Assembly: GCA_965248445.1 (NCBI GenBank)
Contig: CBDFJG010000002.1
Location: 64,001-128,000 of the forward strand
Source: Planctomycetota bacterium
GTDB taxonomy: Bacteria; Planctomycetota; JAJSAM01; JAJVHW01
DNA: 64,000 bases
Direction of reading: 5' to 3'
Shown here one piece after another: positions 17,902 to 27,580 of this stretch. Numbering within the stretch: the stretch's first letter is position 1; every line of letters starts with the position of its first letter. The notes beneath the pieces are model-generated. The model searched no databases. It worked only from the letters and a program-made list of their open reading frames with translations, and was not told the DNA's origin. The translations under genes were made by a program, and so were the position numbers.

Positions 17902-18735
17902 ATGCGTCTCACCCTTCCGATCGCGCTCCTGCTGCTCGCAGGCGGCGGTGCGCTCGGGCAGCAGTCGGATGCGCTCCGCGACACGCCCCGTCCGCCGCCC
18001 GGTGCGGCCAGCCTCCTGGGCGGTCTCTCGTCCCTCGCGGTGCACGCCGCGTGGCTCCGGGCCGATGCGGCGATCGCACGCAACGACGCGGCGGGCGCGC
18101 TCGTGCAGCTCGACATGATCAGACGGCTCGAGCCGCAACTCGTCGGCGGCGCGGACCTCATCGCGGACCGCATCGGCGGCACGCTGGCTGGAGACGAGCC
18201 GGATCCCGCGCGACGGTACGGGCTCGCCCGCGCTGGTCTCGACGTCCACGACAGCGCGGTCGAGCACAACCCCGGCCTCGCGACGCCGCTCGCGAACCGC
18301 GGTTGGTACTACCTGCTGCGCATCGCCGGCGACGCCGACCGCGCACGCCGCTTCGTGGAGGAAGAGAAGCGGACCCCGCACGCCGCCGCGCTCGAGGACT
18401 TCCGCGCGGCGATCTCGATGTCCCCCGACGACCTCGATGCGCTGGACGGAGCGGCCATCGCCGCGTTCTACGACGCGATCGGCGCCCTACGGGACGGCGA
18501 CGTCGGGACCGCGAGCGCGCTGATCCTCGAGTCCGCGCAGCTGCACGACCGGGGCCTCACGCTCTACCGCCGAGAGGGCGTCGCCCCCGAGAGCAAGGTG
18601 TTCAACTCCCGGGCCGCCCGCGGGCTCGCCTCGGTGCTCTCAGCGCCTCCGGCGGAGCACGGCCGGCGGTATCGCGACTACTACGAGGAGTTCGGCGGTT
18701 CCGACGGCATCCCGGGTCTGCCGCCGCCTCGCTGA
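17902..18735 (+). CDS. Exported/membrane TPR-like helical protein
   Basis: N-terminal hydrophobic segment; SLLGGLSSLAVHAAWLRAD; helical repeats. Confidence 0.7.
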   Translation: MRLTLPIALLLLAGGGALGQQSDALRDTPRPPPGAASLLGGLSSLAVHAAWLRADAAIARNDAAGALVQLDMIRRLEPQLVGGADLIADRIGGTLAGDEPDPARRYGLARAGLDVHDSAVEHNPGLATPLANRGWYYLLRIAGDADRARRFVEEEKRTPHAAALEDFRAAISMSPDDLDALDGAAIAAFYDAIGALRDGDVGTASALILESAQLHDRGLTLYRREGVAPESKVFNSRAARGLASVLSAPPAEHGRRYRDYYEEFGGSDGIPGLPPPR

Positions 18736-18922
18736 CCCTGAGTCGGGCGTCCGCTGCCCCGGCAGCCCTCAAAAATGAGCCCGCCGCCCCCTCGGCGGCT
18801 ACCTTCCGCGGATTCGACGCCGATCCGCGGTCCCCGGGGCCACGGCACGGCTGTCCCGGACGTGGAAGGAGGGCGGAGTGGACTCGGTAGTCGATTCCTT
18901 CGCCCGGCTCCTGGAGGAAGAG

Positions 18923-21097
18923 ATGAACACGTGGCTCCTCGCCTCTCTCGGTGTGGGCGTGCTCGCGCTGGTCTTCAGCTTTATGCTGCAACTGCGCATC
19001 AAGGGCATGGACGCAGGCAACGAGCTCATGCGCAAGATCGCCGACGCGATCCAGAGCGGAGCGATGGCGTACCTGCGCACGCAGTACACCATCCTCGCGG
19101 GCTTCGCGGTCGTGATGGCAATCGTGCTGTTCACGTTCCTCGACGACGACAAGACACCCGGCCGCAACGAGGGACTCGTCACGGCCATGTGCTTCCTCGT
19201 GGGCTGCCTGTGCTCGGGCCTCGCCGGGTTCCTCGGCATGCGCACGGCGACCACCGCCAACGTACGGACGACCCAGGCGGCGGCCACGACCGGCCTCGGC
19301 GCCGCACTGCGCGCAGCGTTCAGCTCGGGCGCTGTGATGGGCTTCATGGTCGTCGGCTTCGGAATCATCGGCATCACGTCGCTCTACCTCTGGCAGGGCG
19401 GCGGAGACGGCACCGGACTCACGGCGATCGGTGACCCGAACCTCGTGTTCGGGTTCTCGCTCGGCGCCTCGTCGATCGCGCTGTTCGCGCGCGTCGGCGG
19501 CGGCATCTTCACGAAGGCGGCCGACGTCGGCGCCGACCTGGTCGGCAAGGTCGAAGCCGGCATCCCCGAGGACGACGCGCGCAACCCGGCGTCGATCGCG
19601 GACAGCGTCGGCGACAACGTCGGCGACGTCGCCGGAATGGGCGCAGACCTCTTCGAGTCGTACGTCGGCGCCGCGCTGGCCGCCATGGCACTCGGCTACA
19701 TGACGCTGCACAGCCTGAGCCCGGAGATGAAAGCGGTCTTCGAGGACCTGCCGCTCGGTTTCGGGACGATCATCGTCTACCCGATCGTGCTCTGCGCCGC
19801 CGGCACGCTCGCCTCGATGGCGGGCTTCTTCTTCGTCAAGACCGACAACGAGCGCCGGATCATTCCGGCGCTGTTCCGCGGCCTGACGGTCGGCTCAGTC
19901 CTGTTCGCGGCCGCGGCCGTCGGCCTCACGTTCTACTTCGACCTGTTCGGCAAGGACGTCACCGCGGCGCTCACCCACGCCAACCCCGAGGACTGGCGGT
20001 ACACCGGTCCGGGCGGCGTGCTGTGGGCGATCCTGGCGGGACTCGTGATGGGCGTCGCCGTCGGCCGCGTCACCGAGTACTACACATCGGAGCAGAAGCC
20101 CCACGCGCGGGAGATCGCTCGGCAGAGCGAAACCGGCGCGGCGACCAACATCATCCACGGCCTCGCGGTCGGCATGCAGTCGACGGCCTGGCCGACACTC
20201 ATGATCGTCGGCGCCATCGGCATCGCGTACTACTGCAGCGGGATCTACGGCATCGCCATTGCGGCGGTCGGCATGCTCTCGACGCTCGGCATCTCGCTGG
20301 CCGTCGACGCGTACGGCCCGGTGGCCGACAACGCGGGCGGCATCGCCGAGATGGCGCACCTGCCGCCGGAGGTGCGCAACCGCACCGACGCGCTCGACGC
20401 CGCGGGCAATACGACCGCCGCCATCGGCAAGGGCTTCGCGATCGGGTCGGCGGCGCTGACCGCTCTCGCGCTGTTCACCACGTTCAAGCAACAGGCCGGC
20501 CTGGCGTACGCGGCCGAGGGCCGAGTGTTCTCGCTCGACATCGGCAACGTGCAGGTCACGATGGGCATCCTCCTCGGCTCGATGCTGCCGTTCCTGTTCT
20601 CGTCGTTCGCGATGAAGGCGGTCGGCAACGCCGCCGGGAAGATGGTCGAAGAGGTGCGACGTCAGTTCCGCGAGATCAAGGGACTGATGGAGGGCGAGGC
20701 CGAGCCCGACTATGAGCGATGCGTCGCCATCGCCACCAAGGGCGCTCTGCAGCAGATGGTGCTGCCCGGCCTCCTGGCCGTCGCCGCACCGATCGCAACG
20801 GGCCTTCTCCTGGGTCCCGAGGGACTGGGCGGGCTGCTCGTCGGCGCGGTCGGCAGCGGCGTCATGATGGCGATTTTCCAGTCCAACGCGGGCGGCGCGT
20901 GGGACAACGCGAAGAAGTACATCGAGAGCGGTGTGCACGGCGGCAAGGGCAGCGACGCCCACAAGGCCGCGGTCACCGGCGACACCGTCGGCGACCCGTT
21001 CAAGGACACGGCCGGCCCGAGCATCAACATCCTCGTGAAGCTGATGAGCGTGGTCGCGGTGATCTTCCTGCCGCTCTTCCTGAAGTCCATCTCATGA
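18923..21097 (+). CDS. hppA: Membrane-bound pyrophosphatase, K+-dependent, probably Na+-translocating
   Basis: [40 protein letters not shown] (Glu position of Na+-PPases); GNTTAA (Ala = K+-dependent); [18 protein letters not shown]. Confidence 0.97.
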   Translation: MNTWLLASLGVGVLALVFSFMLQLRIKGMDAGNELMRKIADAIQSGAMAYLRTQYTILAGFAVVMAIVLFTFLDDDKTPGRNEGLVTAMCFLVGCLCSGLAGFLGMRTATTANVRTTQAAATTGLGAALRAAFSSGAVMGFMVVGFGIIGITSLYLWQGGGDGTGLTAIGDPNLVFGFSLGASSIALFARVGGGIFTKAADVGADLVGKVEAGIPEDDARNPASIADSVGDNVGDVAGMGADLFESYVGAALAAMALGYMTLHSLSPEMKAVFEDLPLGFGTIIVYPIVLCAAGTLASMAGFFFVKTDNERRIIPALFRGLTVGSVLFAAAAVGLTFYFDLFGKDVTAALTHANPEDWRYTGPGGVLWAILAGLVMGVAVGRVTEYYTSEQKPHAREIARQSETGAATNIIHGLAVGMQSTAWPTLMIVGAIGIAYYCSGIYGIAIAAVGMLSTLGISLAVDAYGPVADNAGGIAEMAHLPPEVRNRTDALDAAGNTTAAIGKGFAIGSAALTALALFTTFKQQAGLAYAAEGRVFSLDIGNVQVTMGILLGSMLPFLFSSFAMKAVGNAAGKMVEEVRRQFREIKGLMEGEAEPDYERCVAIATKGALQQMVLPGLLAVAAPIATGLLLGPEGLGGLLVGAVGSGVMMAIFQSNAGGAWDNAKKYIESGVHGGKGSDAHKAAVTGDTVGDPFKDTAGPSINILVKLMSVVAVIFLPLFLKSIS

Positions 21098-21534
21098 CCG
21101 ACCGCGCAGAACCGACGACCCAGCCCGAAACGGAGACGCAGTCCGACCGCATCAGCGGCCGGGAGCTCGCCGTCATGATCGCCCGGCTCGCGGACGAGAA
21201 GCAGGGCCGCAAAATCGTGGTGCTCGACGTCGAGGAGGCGCTGCAGGTCACCGACTACTTCGTGATCGTCGAGGGCCGCAACCGGCGGCATCTCGGTGCC
21301 ATCGCCGAGTCGGTCGCCGCCGAGCTCAAGAAGGACGGCATCTACCGCATGCACGGCACGAAGTTCAACGACGAGCACTGGGTCGTCCTCGACTTCGGTC
21401 CCGTCGTCCTGCACTCGATGAGCAGCGACGCCCGCGAGTTCTACGACCTCGAGAACCTCTGGGGCGACTGCGACGAGATCGAGTGGCAGGCCGCGCCCGA
21501 CGCGGCGCCCGTGGATCAGCCAGAGGCACCGTAG
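21094..21534 (+). CDS. rsfS: Ribosome silencing factor RsfS (Iojap)
   Basis: IVVLDV...TDYFVI...[12 protein letters not shown]...[14 protein letters not shown] overlap with hppA. Confidence 0.95.
   Translation: MTDRAEPTTQPETETQSDRISGRELAVMIARLADEKQGRKIVVLDVEEALQVTDYFVIVEGRNRRHLGAIAESVAAELKKDGIYRMHGTKFNDEHWVVLDFGPVVLHSMSSDAREFYDLENLWGDCDEIEWQAAPDAAPVDQPEAP
21450..21486 (+). repeat. Direct repeat copy 1 (rsfS 3' coding region, attL-like)
   Basis: CGAGAACCTCTGGGGCGACTGCGACGAGATCGAGTGG; 36/37 identical to 25615-25651. Confidence 0.93.
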
Positions 21535-21552
21535 GGGCGGACGCAGCCGAAG

Positions 21553-24500
21553 TCAGTCCTGCGCCGGGACGACGATGCGCACGTCGCGGTCTCCGACCGC
21601 GGCATTGACCCGGTGCTCGCGCTGCTTGTGAGGCTCGCGCGGGTTCACCTGCGGCTCGATCTCCCATCCGGTCGCCGGGTCGAGTCCGGTCATCTCGAAG
21701 CGTCCCGCATCGTCGCTGGTGGTGTGCGGAACGGTGCGCCACGTGCTCTTCGTCGACCGCGGGTGGAAGTACATCCGCATCCCGGCGACCGGCGCACCGT
21801 GTGTGTCGACGACCACTCCTTGCAGGCGCCCTTCGACCGTCGTCCTGACCAGGATTCCGCTCGCACCGCCGTCTGCGGACACGGCCTCCCTGAGCCGGCG
21901 CCACCTCCCGCCCACAGCGCCGGCCGGCTTGATCTCGTAGGAGCCCTCCTCGAGGTCACGGAACGCGAACGTCCCGTCCTCACCGGATGCCACGGAGTAC
22001 GACGAGAGCTGGCCGAAGCCCCCGACCCGCCTGGCATTCAGACTCAGGCCGCCGAGGGGCGCGCCCACGTCATCGACGACACGCCCCGCGAGCGTCTCCC
22101 CGGGGGTCAGTACGAGTTCGTGCTCGGTCTCGCCCGGAGAGATACCTCGGAAGACGCGCGTGGTGCGCGGCTCCGAGTACGCCGTCACACGCACGGCATA
22201 CGAGGGGTCCGCCATGTCGGGGATCCGAATCCGCCCGTCGCCGCCGGTGAAGTTCTGGAATCCGCCGTGGAAACCGCCCTCGGGATGCCACCGCACGGCG
22301 CCCTGTGCGACCGGTGAGCCGTCCGGATAGACCACGTGCAGACGCAGGGACGCGCGCCGGGGATCGTCCAAACGCAGGTCGAGTCCCTCTGCGCCGGCGT
22401 CAAACGGACCGAACGACGTCCCCTTCGCGCTGATCGCCCCGAAGTAGTCGGCGACGTCGGCGGCGCGGAACACGGTCAGCTTGCACGCGCCCTCCGGAAT
22501 CCCGTGGACGGAGAAACGCCCGTCGCTGCCGGTGAGAGCCTCGCGCGGGCGGCCTGGCATCGCACCACCCGCGCTCGGCGTCGAGTAGACGACCAGGCCG
22601 CCCCCGTCCCGCGTCACACCAGGGACGGCGATCACCGTGGCGCCGATGAGGGGCGACCCATCGACGTCGCGGACATGTCCCGACAGCCGCAGCGCACGCC
22701 GCACTCGGACTTCGACCGGATCGAACGATGACGACACCTTCGCGACTCCCTCGATGGTTGCGGCGCTCTCCGCGGAGACCCAGAGGGGTCCCGGGCCGGT
22801 CAGCGTGCACCGGAACCGCCCGTCGTCATCGGTCACGGCGACGATGGGGTCGTTCTGCCACTGGTCCTTCCGGCGCACCCCGCGGATGACGATCGGCTGC
22901 GTGCGAAGGAGGTAGACGCTCGCGCCGACCACGGGCCGACCGGTGGCCTCGACGATGACCCGCCCGGTCAGTTCGTGGCTGTCTCCGATCTCGGCCGGTG
23001 GTTCGCGCTGCTCGACGCGCACGACAATCGGATCCTCGAGACCCGCGGGCGGGACGTCGAGCCGGACGGCCCCAGTCGCAGTCTCGTCCGCTGTCGTGGC
23101 GGAGATCACACGCTTCTTGCCGGGACGCACGTGATCCAGGATGAACGCGCCCCCCGCATCGGTTCGCACGCCGCCGCCGAGCGCGCCCGAGTACGTGTTC
23201 GTGACGACGACGACGGCATCCACGACCGGCACGCCCGCCTCGTCCACGACGCTGCCACGGACGGGTCCGCCAGGAACGACGGCGAGATCGCGTGCGATCT
23301 CGCCGGACTCGGGAATCTCGACGATGAACTCCCCCGGCACGTCGCCCTTCTTCAGCGCTCGACCGACGTTCTCATCGAGGCCCGGCTGATAGAAACCGGG
23401 GTGTCGGACCTCGAGTGCCACGGGACCCGGAAGGTCCGGCGGGAAGCGGAAGCTCCCGTCGTCGTCCGATGTCGTCGACGCCCAGTTCTGGCCGAGGCGC
23501 GACGTGGCCCGCCAGCGCCAGATCTGCACGCCCGCAAGCGTTCCGTCGGGCCCCGTCACCGTGCCTGTGATCACGCCGCCGCGGATCAGCACGGCGTCGA
23601 CCGTCGTGGTATCGCCGGGGAGGATCATCGCCATGCGGCGCGTCGACCCGCCGCGACCCGGCTCGACGAGCTCGGAGCGTTCGATTCGCGGCCACAACTG
23701 CACGCGCTCGTCTGAGAGCACTCGAAACCTGGTAATCCGGCCCTGCGGAACGTCGATGAACTCGTAGCGCCCCTGCTCATCCGTCGTCGCGGTGGTGACG
23801 GTGTTCAGCACGCCGCTGACCTCGATACTCACGACCTCGCTGGCGAGCCCCGCTCCATCCTCGTCGGCAACGCGGCCGACGAGGCGTCCGGTCGGGGGCA
23901 GCGTCAAGTCGATGCTCGTGATGTCGGGAATCCGCACGACGGCAAGCTTGGTCCCCGGACCGTCTCGGCGATCGACCCGGAGCCCGACGTCGCCGAACGG
24001 GAGTCCGTCCAGGCTGAAGTGGCCGTCCGCGTTCGTACGCGTGCGGCTGGGTGCCGCGATCGCGGCTCCGATCTCCGCGTTCACGAGCACGTCCGGGACG
24101 GGCGAGCCGAGCGCGTCGAGCACACGTCCGTCCAGCGTTGCGAGCGGAGTCACGACGACCGTCGCACGTGCCTCCGACGCGCCGGGATAGGTCGACACGA
24201 ACGCGGACCGGTGCGTGCCCATCTCCGCGTCCGCAACGACGATGCGCCAGGACCCGCTGCGCACGTCCTCGAGCACGGCGTCACCGTGCGCACTCGAGCG
24301 CGAGAGCCGCGTCTCGACGACATCCTCATCCCACGCCGACATGCCGCGCAGGTAGCTGTCGACGTGCGCGCGCTCACCGGGCGACCGCCACAGAAGCGCG
24401 GTGACAGGCGCGCCCTCGACCACGTCGCCGCGCATGTCCTCGACGTGGACGAGCAGTCGCGTGCCGCCTGCGATCCAGATCGTCCCGAGATCGTCAGATG

Positions 24501-25509
24501 CGGCGGGGAGCGCGATCGACTCGGACAGGAAGCCCTCTGCGACGACGGCGAGGTTGCCGAGCACCCCGGCGGGCGCGTCGAGCGCGAAGCTCCCGTCGCT
24601 GGCCGTGGTGGCGTGCACCTCTCGCCCGCCGCGGGGACGAACGGAGACATCGACGTGCGCGACCGGAGCACCGTCGTAGCGGCGGCGCACGCGGCCGACG
24701 AGGGTTCTCGGCTCCGTCGGAGTCTCAGGGGCCTCGATGTCCTTCTCGGCCACGCCGGCGGAAGCGTCCGCCGGCTCGGGTGCGGGATCGTCGGCACTCT
24801 CGTCACTCAGCGACGACACGACCCCGGCGGCTCCGGCGAAGAGGAGCAGCGCGGCGACTGCGACGACGGCGATCTTGGACTTGGCGGACATGACGAGGGC
24901 TCCTGTAGCGATGCCTGTGGCGGTGGCCGTGGTGGCTGGAGACGGATCGGGAAGCGGCGTCGCAGTCGGGCCCAGCAGGGGCAGCAACGCGGCGCGCCAG
25001 CGGTCGCGCTCCCCCCCGAACTCGTCATCGAGTTGCTCGCGCAGCAGCGCGTGTGCGCGTCGCAACCGTGTCTTCACGGTCTCGCGCGGCACGCCGGTCC
25101 GCTCGCCGATCTCGGTCGGTGTGAGTTCCTCGAAATGACGCAGCAACACGGTGGTGCGATACGGCTCCGCGAGTTCCATCACGGCGGCGGCGACGGCCCG
25201 TTGCGCGTCGGCGCGCGCCACGAGATCGACCGTCGACGGCAGCACACTGGATCGCATCCGGCGCTCTCGCGCTGAACGCGACGCGTCTGAACGCCGGCGG
25301 TCGATGGCCCGACTGCGCGTGACGCTGGCGAGCCAGCCGCGCAGAGAGCGCACCGTCGGCGGTCGCCGGGTGAGCGCCGTGGCCAGCGCATCCTGTGCCA
25401 CGTCCTCGGCCGTGTGCTCGTCCGCGACCAGGCGCCGCGCAAGCCCCCTGATCCACTCCCTGTGCGAAAGCAGTTCCTCGGGGTCGAGTGGCCGTCCTGC
25501 CTCTTCCAT
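21553..25509 (-). CDS. ECF sigma-70 factor fused to a TM helix and multiple carboxypeptidase-regulatory-like (prealbumin-fold) repeats
   Basis: Region 2 AEDVAQD...LRGWLASV; region 4 LAEPYRTTVLLRHFEELTPTEIG...ETVKTRLRRA; TM KIAVVAVAALLLFAG; repeated GRV.D..G.PV....V...T..DG.F units; RBS GGAG. Confidence 0.92.
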   Translation of the reverse strand: MEEAGRPLDPEELLSHREWIRGLARRLVADEHTAEDVAQDALATALTRRPPTVRSLRGWLASVTRSRAIDRRRSDASRSARERRMRSSVLPSTVDLVARADAQRAVAAAVMELAEPYRTTVLLRHFEELTPTEIGERTGVPRETVKTRLRRAHALLREQLDDEFGGERDRWRAALLPLLGPTATPLPDPSPATTATATGIATGALVMSAKSKIAVVAVAALLLFAGAAGVVSSLSDESADDPAPEPADASAGVAEKDIEAPETPTEPRTLVGRVRRRYDGAPVAHVDVSVRPRGGREVHATTASDGSFALDAPAGVLGNLAVVAEGFLSESIALPAASDDLGTIWIAGGTRLLVHVEDMRGDVVEGAPVTALLWRSPGERAHVDSYLRGMSAWDEDVVETRLSRSSAHGDAVLEDVRSGSWRIVVADAEMGTHRSAFVSTYPGASEARATVVVTPLATLDGRVLDALGSPVPDVLVNAEIGAAIAAPSRTRTNADGHFSLDGLPFGDVGLRVDRRDGPGTKLAVVRIPDITSIDLTLPPTGRLVGRVADEDGAGLASEVVSIEVSGVLNTVTTATTDEQGRYEFIDVPQGRITRFRVLSDERVQLWPRIERSELVEPGRGGSTRRMAMILPGDTTTVDAVLIRGGVITGTVTGPDGTLAGVQIWRWRATSRLGQNWASTTSDDDGSFRFPPDLPGPVALEVRHPGFYQPGLDENVGRALKKGDVPGEFIVEIPESGEIARDLAVVPGGPVRGSVVDEAGVPVVDAVVVVTNTYSGALGGGVRTDAGGAFILDHVRPGKKRVISATTADETATGAVRLDVPPAGLEDPIVVRVEQREPPAEIGDSHELTGRVIVEATGRPVVGASVYLLRTQPIVIRGVRRKDQWQNDPIVAVTDDDGRFRCTLTGPGPLWVSAESAATIEGVAKVSSSFDPVEVRVRRALRLSGHVRDVDGSPLIGATVIAVPGVTRDGGGLVVYSTPSAGGAMPGRPREALTGSDGRFSVHGIPEGACKLTVFRAADVADYFGAISAKGTSFGPFDAGAEGLDLRLDDPRRASLRLHVVYPDGSPVAQGAVRWHPEGGFHGGFQNFTGGDGRIRIPDMADPSYAVRVTAYSEPRTTRVFRGISPGETEHELVLTPGETLAGRVVDDVGAPLGGLSLNARRVGGFGQLSSYSVASGEDGTFAFRDLEEGSYEIKPAGAVGGRWRRLREAVSADGGASGILVRTTVEGRLQGVVVDTHGAPVAGMRMYFHPRSTKSTWRTVPHTTSDDAGRFEMTGLDPATGWEIEPQVNPREPHKQREHRVNAAVGDRDVRIVVPAQD

Positions 25510-25614
25510 GGTCTCCAACACACTAGACGGAGCCCCACGCCCCCGAGGGTTCACGGAGTTGCGCGTCCCCCGCATGGCAGGCAGCTCGAAGCGTCCAGCG
25601 TGCGTGACCTGCTA

Positions 25615-25657
25615 CGAGAACCTGTGGGGCGACTGCGACGAGATCGAGTGGGCTTGA
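25615..25657 (+). pseudogene. Duplicated rsfS 3' fragment (direct repeat copy 2, attR-like) ending in its own stop
   Basis: Encodes [13 protein letters not shown]; the single mismatch to rsfS is synonymous (CTG vs CTC). Confidence 0.88.
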
Positions 25658-25708
25658 AGCGCCCGGGGGAGAGTAAGAGACCCCGTAGTAGCGGGCTGTG
25701 CTCAAGCC
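25651..25708. terminator. Imperfect hairpin after the rsfS-fragment stop, facing Uma2
   Basis: GGCTTGA/TCAAGCC, GCCCG/CGGGC and GGGG/CCCC nested stems. Confidence 0.45.
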
Positions 25709-25714
25709 GCGCGA

Positions 25715-26227
25715 TCAGGCAATCAGGTCGCGACCGCGGAGCGTGAGGTCCGCAACGACCTGCGACGTCGCCGCCTCGTCGGCACTGTGCGTCGTTCGGG
25801 TCGGGCGCGTACAGACCTCGATCGTCCCCGTGATCGGGTCGATCAGCCATACCTCGCGCACGCCGCGGTCCAGGTAGAGGGCGGTCTTCTGTGTCCGATC
25901 GCGCCCTTCCGTCGCGCGCGAGAGGACCTCGATAACGAGCGCTGGGAGCGGCACGCGCTCGAGGTCCGGAGACAGAGCCTGCGTGAACACCGCAACGTCC
26001 GGTTGAACGACGTTGAACTCGTCGAGCACGACGTCGATCGGCGAACTCACCACGCTCTCGGCGCCGACAAGCTCGAGCAGCGTCTGCATCAACCGCGCGA
26101 CGACGCGCTGGTGTCGGTACACCGGCGCCGGCTCGCGGACGAACTCACCATCGATCAGCTCGCAAGGGAACCCCTCGGGGAGCCGGTCGTACTCCGCTCG
26201 CGTGAATTTCAGTTCCGTAGCCAGCAT
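25715..26227 (-). CDS. Uma2-family (PD-(D/E)XK) endonuclease
   Basis: ELIDG...P....HQ...VVQPDVAV...LVIEVLS......DR..K..LY...GVREVWLIDP. Confidence 0.93.
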   Translation of the reverse strand: MLATELKFTRAEYDRLPEGFPCELIDGEFVREPAPVYRHQRVVARLMQTLLELVGAESVVSSPIDVVLDEFNVVQPDVAVFTQALSPDLERVPLPALVIEVLSRATEGRDRTQKTALYLDRGVREVWLIDPITGTIEVCTRPTRTTHSADEAATSQVVADLTLRGRDLIA

Positions 26228-26240
26228 CTATGCATCTCCC

Positions 26241-26271
26241 AAGGACGCGCGAGACACACGTCAGGTTACAT
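26241..26271 (-). promoter_or_regulatory. ECF-type promoter TGTAAC-N17-CGTC
   Basis: Minus strand ATGTAACC-TGACGTGTGTCTCG-CGCGTCCTT directly upstream of Uma2. Confidence 0.7.
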
Positions 26272-26336
26272 GGCGGCTCATGCCGTTCTGTGGTCGTGGC
26301 AGAGCGCTCAAGTGCCCAGGCCGCGCATTCCGCCGG

Positions 26337-27527
26337 CTAGAGGAACTGCACGTGAACGCCCTGGCGGGCCGCGACGATCGCCAGGGCTCGTGCGACGTGC
26401 CATCCATGGGTGCCCTCGAGAATCAGAGGCGACCGCCCGTCTTCCGTGACGAGACCGATGCCGGGATCCGCGGCATCCGGGTCGATCCCCGCATCCCGGA
26501 CAGCGTCGTAGAACGCGTCGTCAGACATGTCGACGCCGGATGCAGAGAGCGAAATGGCCGCCTGTACGAGAAGCCGACCGGGGAGAACGATCCCGGCGTC
26601 TGTCGCATGACTCGCCTCACGGCCGTGGTACGCGCCGAGGACGACTGCCGCAATATCGCGCCACGGGACGAAGCGCCCTGCGAGCCCAACCATCCTCACG
26701 CCACCGTCCTCAATCCGCAGTCGGCGCACGGCGCTCGGCAGTCGCAGTGAGACGAGGAACCAGATCACGAGCAGCACGGGTATGACGGTCAGCTTGAGTA
26801 TGAGAGGCGGCGGACGGTGGGTCTCGACAAGCATCGCGAAGATCGTGAGAACGATCACGCCGCTCCACAGGCCCCACCGCAGTCGGATGGACGACGCCGT
26901 TCGTGTGGTGGGCCGGAACACGGCCGGGAGGTCGAGGGGAGGCAGTGTGGCGCCGACTGGCCGGGATTCGTGTCGAGAGGCACCGTGGCCGTCGGCAGGA
27001 TCTCGCAGGAGCTCCTCCGGTACACGATCGAACGGAAAGCCGATCTCGGTCACGACATACGCGTCGCTCGCCTCGTCGTCTTGGAAGACCAGGACAGTCG
27101 TCTCGTTCAGATACACCGGCGGTCCGGTGTGCGGGGGGATCAAACAGCGCACTGCACGACGTGACTGCTCGAGACCGATGCGGAACTGACGGCCGAGCGG
27201 ACCGGGAACGTCCTCCAACACGGTCGCGGTGCCGGCGCAGCCGGACGCGGCGAGTCGACGCACGCGGTCGATGCGCCGGTTCTTCGTCGCGAGCGAGCTC
27301 CCCGCGATGGCGAGTGTGATCGACGCTGCGACGAGCAGGAAGAACCCGAACAGGCGTGCATCGCCAGCCGCGAACGCGATCACGGCGACGGCGAACGCTC
27401 CGCAGGCCACGGCACACGTCACGACGACCTGACTGCCCCTCCGGTCCCGGAACAGCGATCGTGCGGGACGGAGCGGCGTCAGCTCGCCTGCGCGATCTTC
27501 GATTCGGAGACGCCCGGGAGAGGTCAT
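26337..27527 (-). CDS. Hypothetical membrane protein (two TM-hairpin plus soluble modules)
   Basis: Four hydrophobic helices in two pairs; TAGACT and GGGAG upstream. Confidence 0.65.
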   Translation of the reverse strand: MTSPGRLRIEDRAGELTPLRPARSLFRDRRGSQVVVTCAVACGAFAVAVIAFAAGDARLFGFFLLVAASITLAIAGSSLATKNRRIDRVRRLAASGCAGTATVLEDVPGPLGRQFRIGLEQSRRAVRCLIPPHTGPPVYLNETTVLVFQDDEASDAYVVTEIGFPFDRVPEELLRDPADGHGASRHESRPVGATLPPLDLPAVFRPTTRTASSIRLRWGLWSGVIVLTIFAMLVETHRPPPLILKLTVIPVLLVIWFLVSLRLPSAVRRLRIEDGGVRMVGLAGRFVPWRDIAAVVLGAYHGREASHATDAGIVLPGRLLVQAAISLSASGVDMSDDAFYDAVRDAGIDPDAADPGIGLVTEDGRSPLILEGTHGWHVARALAIVAARQGVHVQFL

Positions 27528-27580
27528 CGAACTCCCAACGCTCGGCAGTCTATCGGCTGCGTCTCTTCGACTCGCCTCGC

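Noticed and set aside
25151..25657. 168-aa + strand ORF ending in RsfS-like residues
   Set aside because: Only the last ~13 codons are rsfS-derived; the rest is antisense to the ECF gene, so it is not a second rsfS gene
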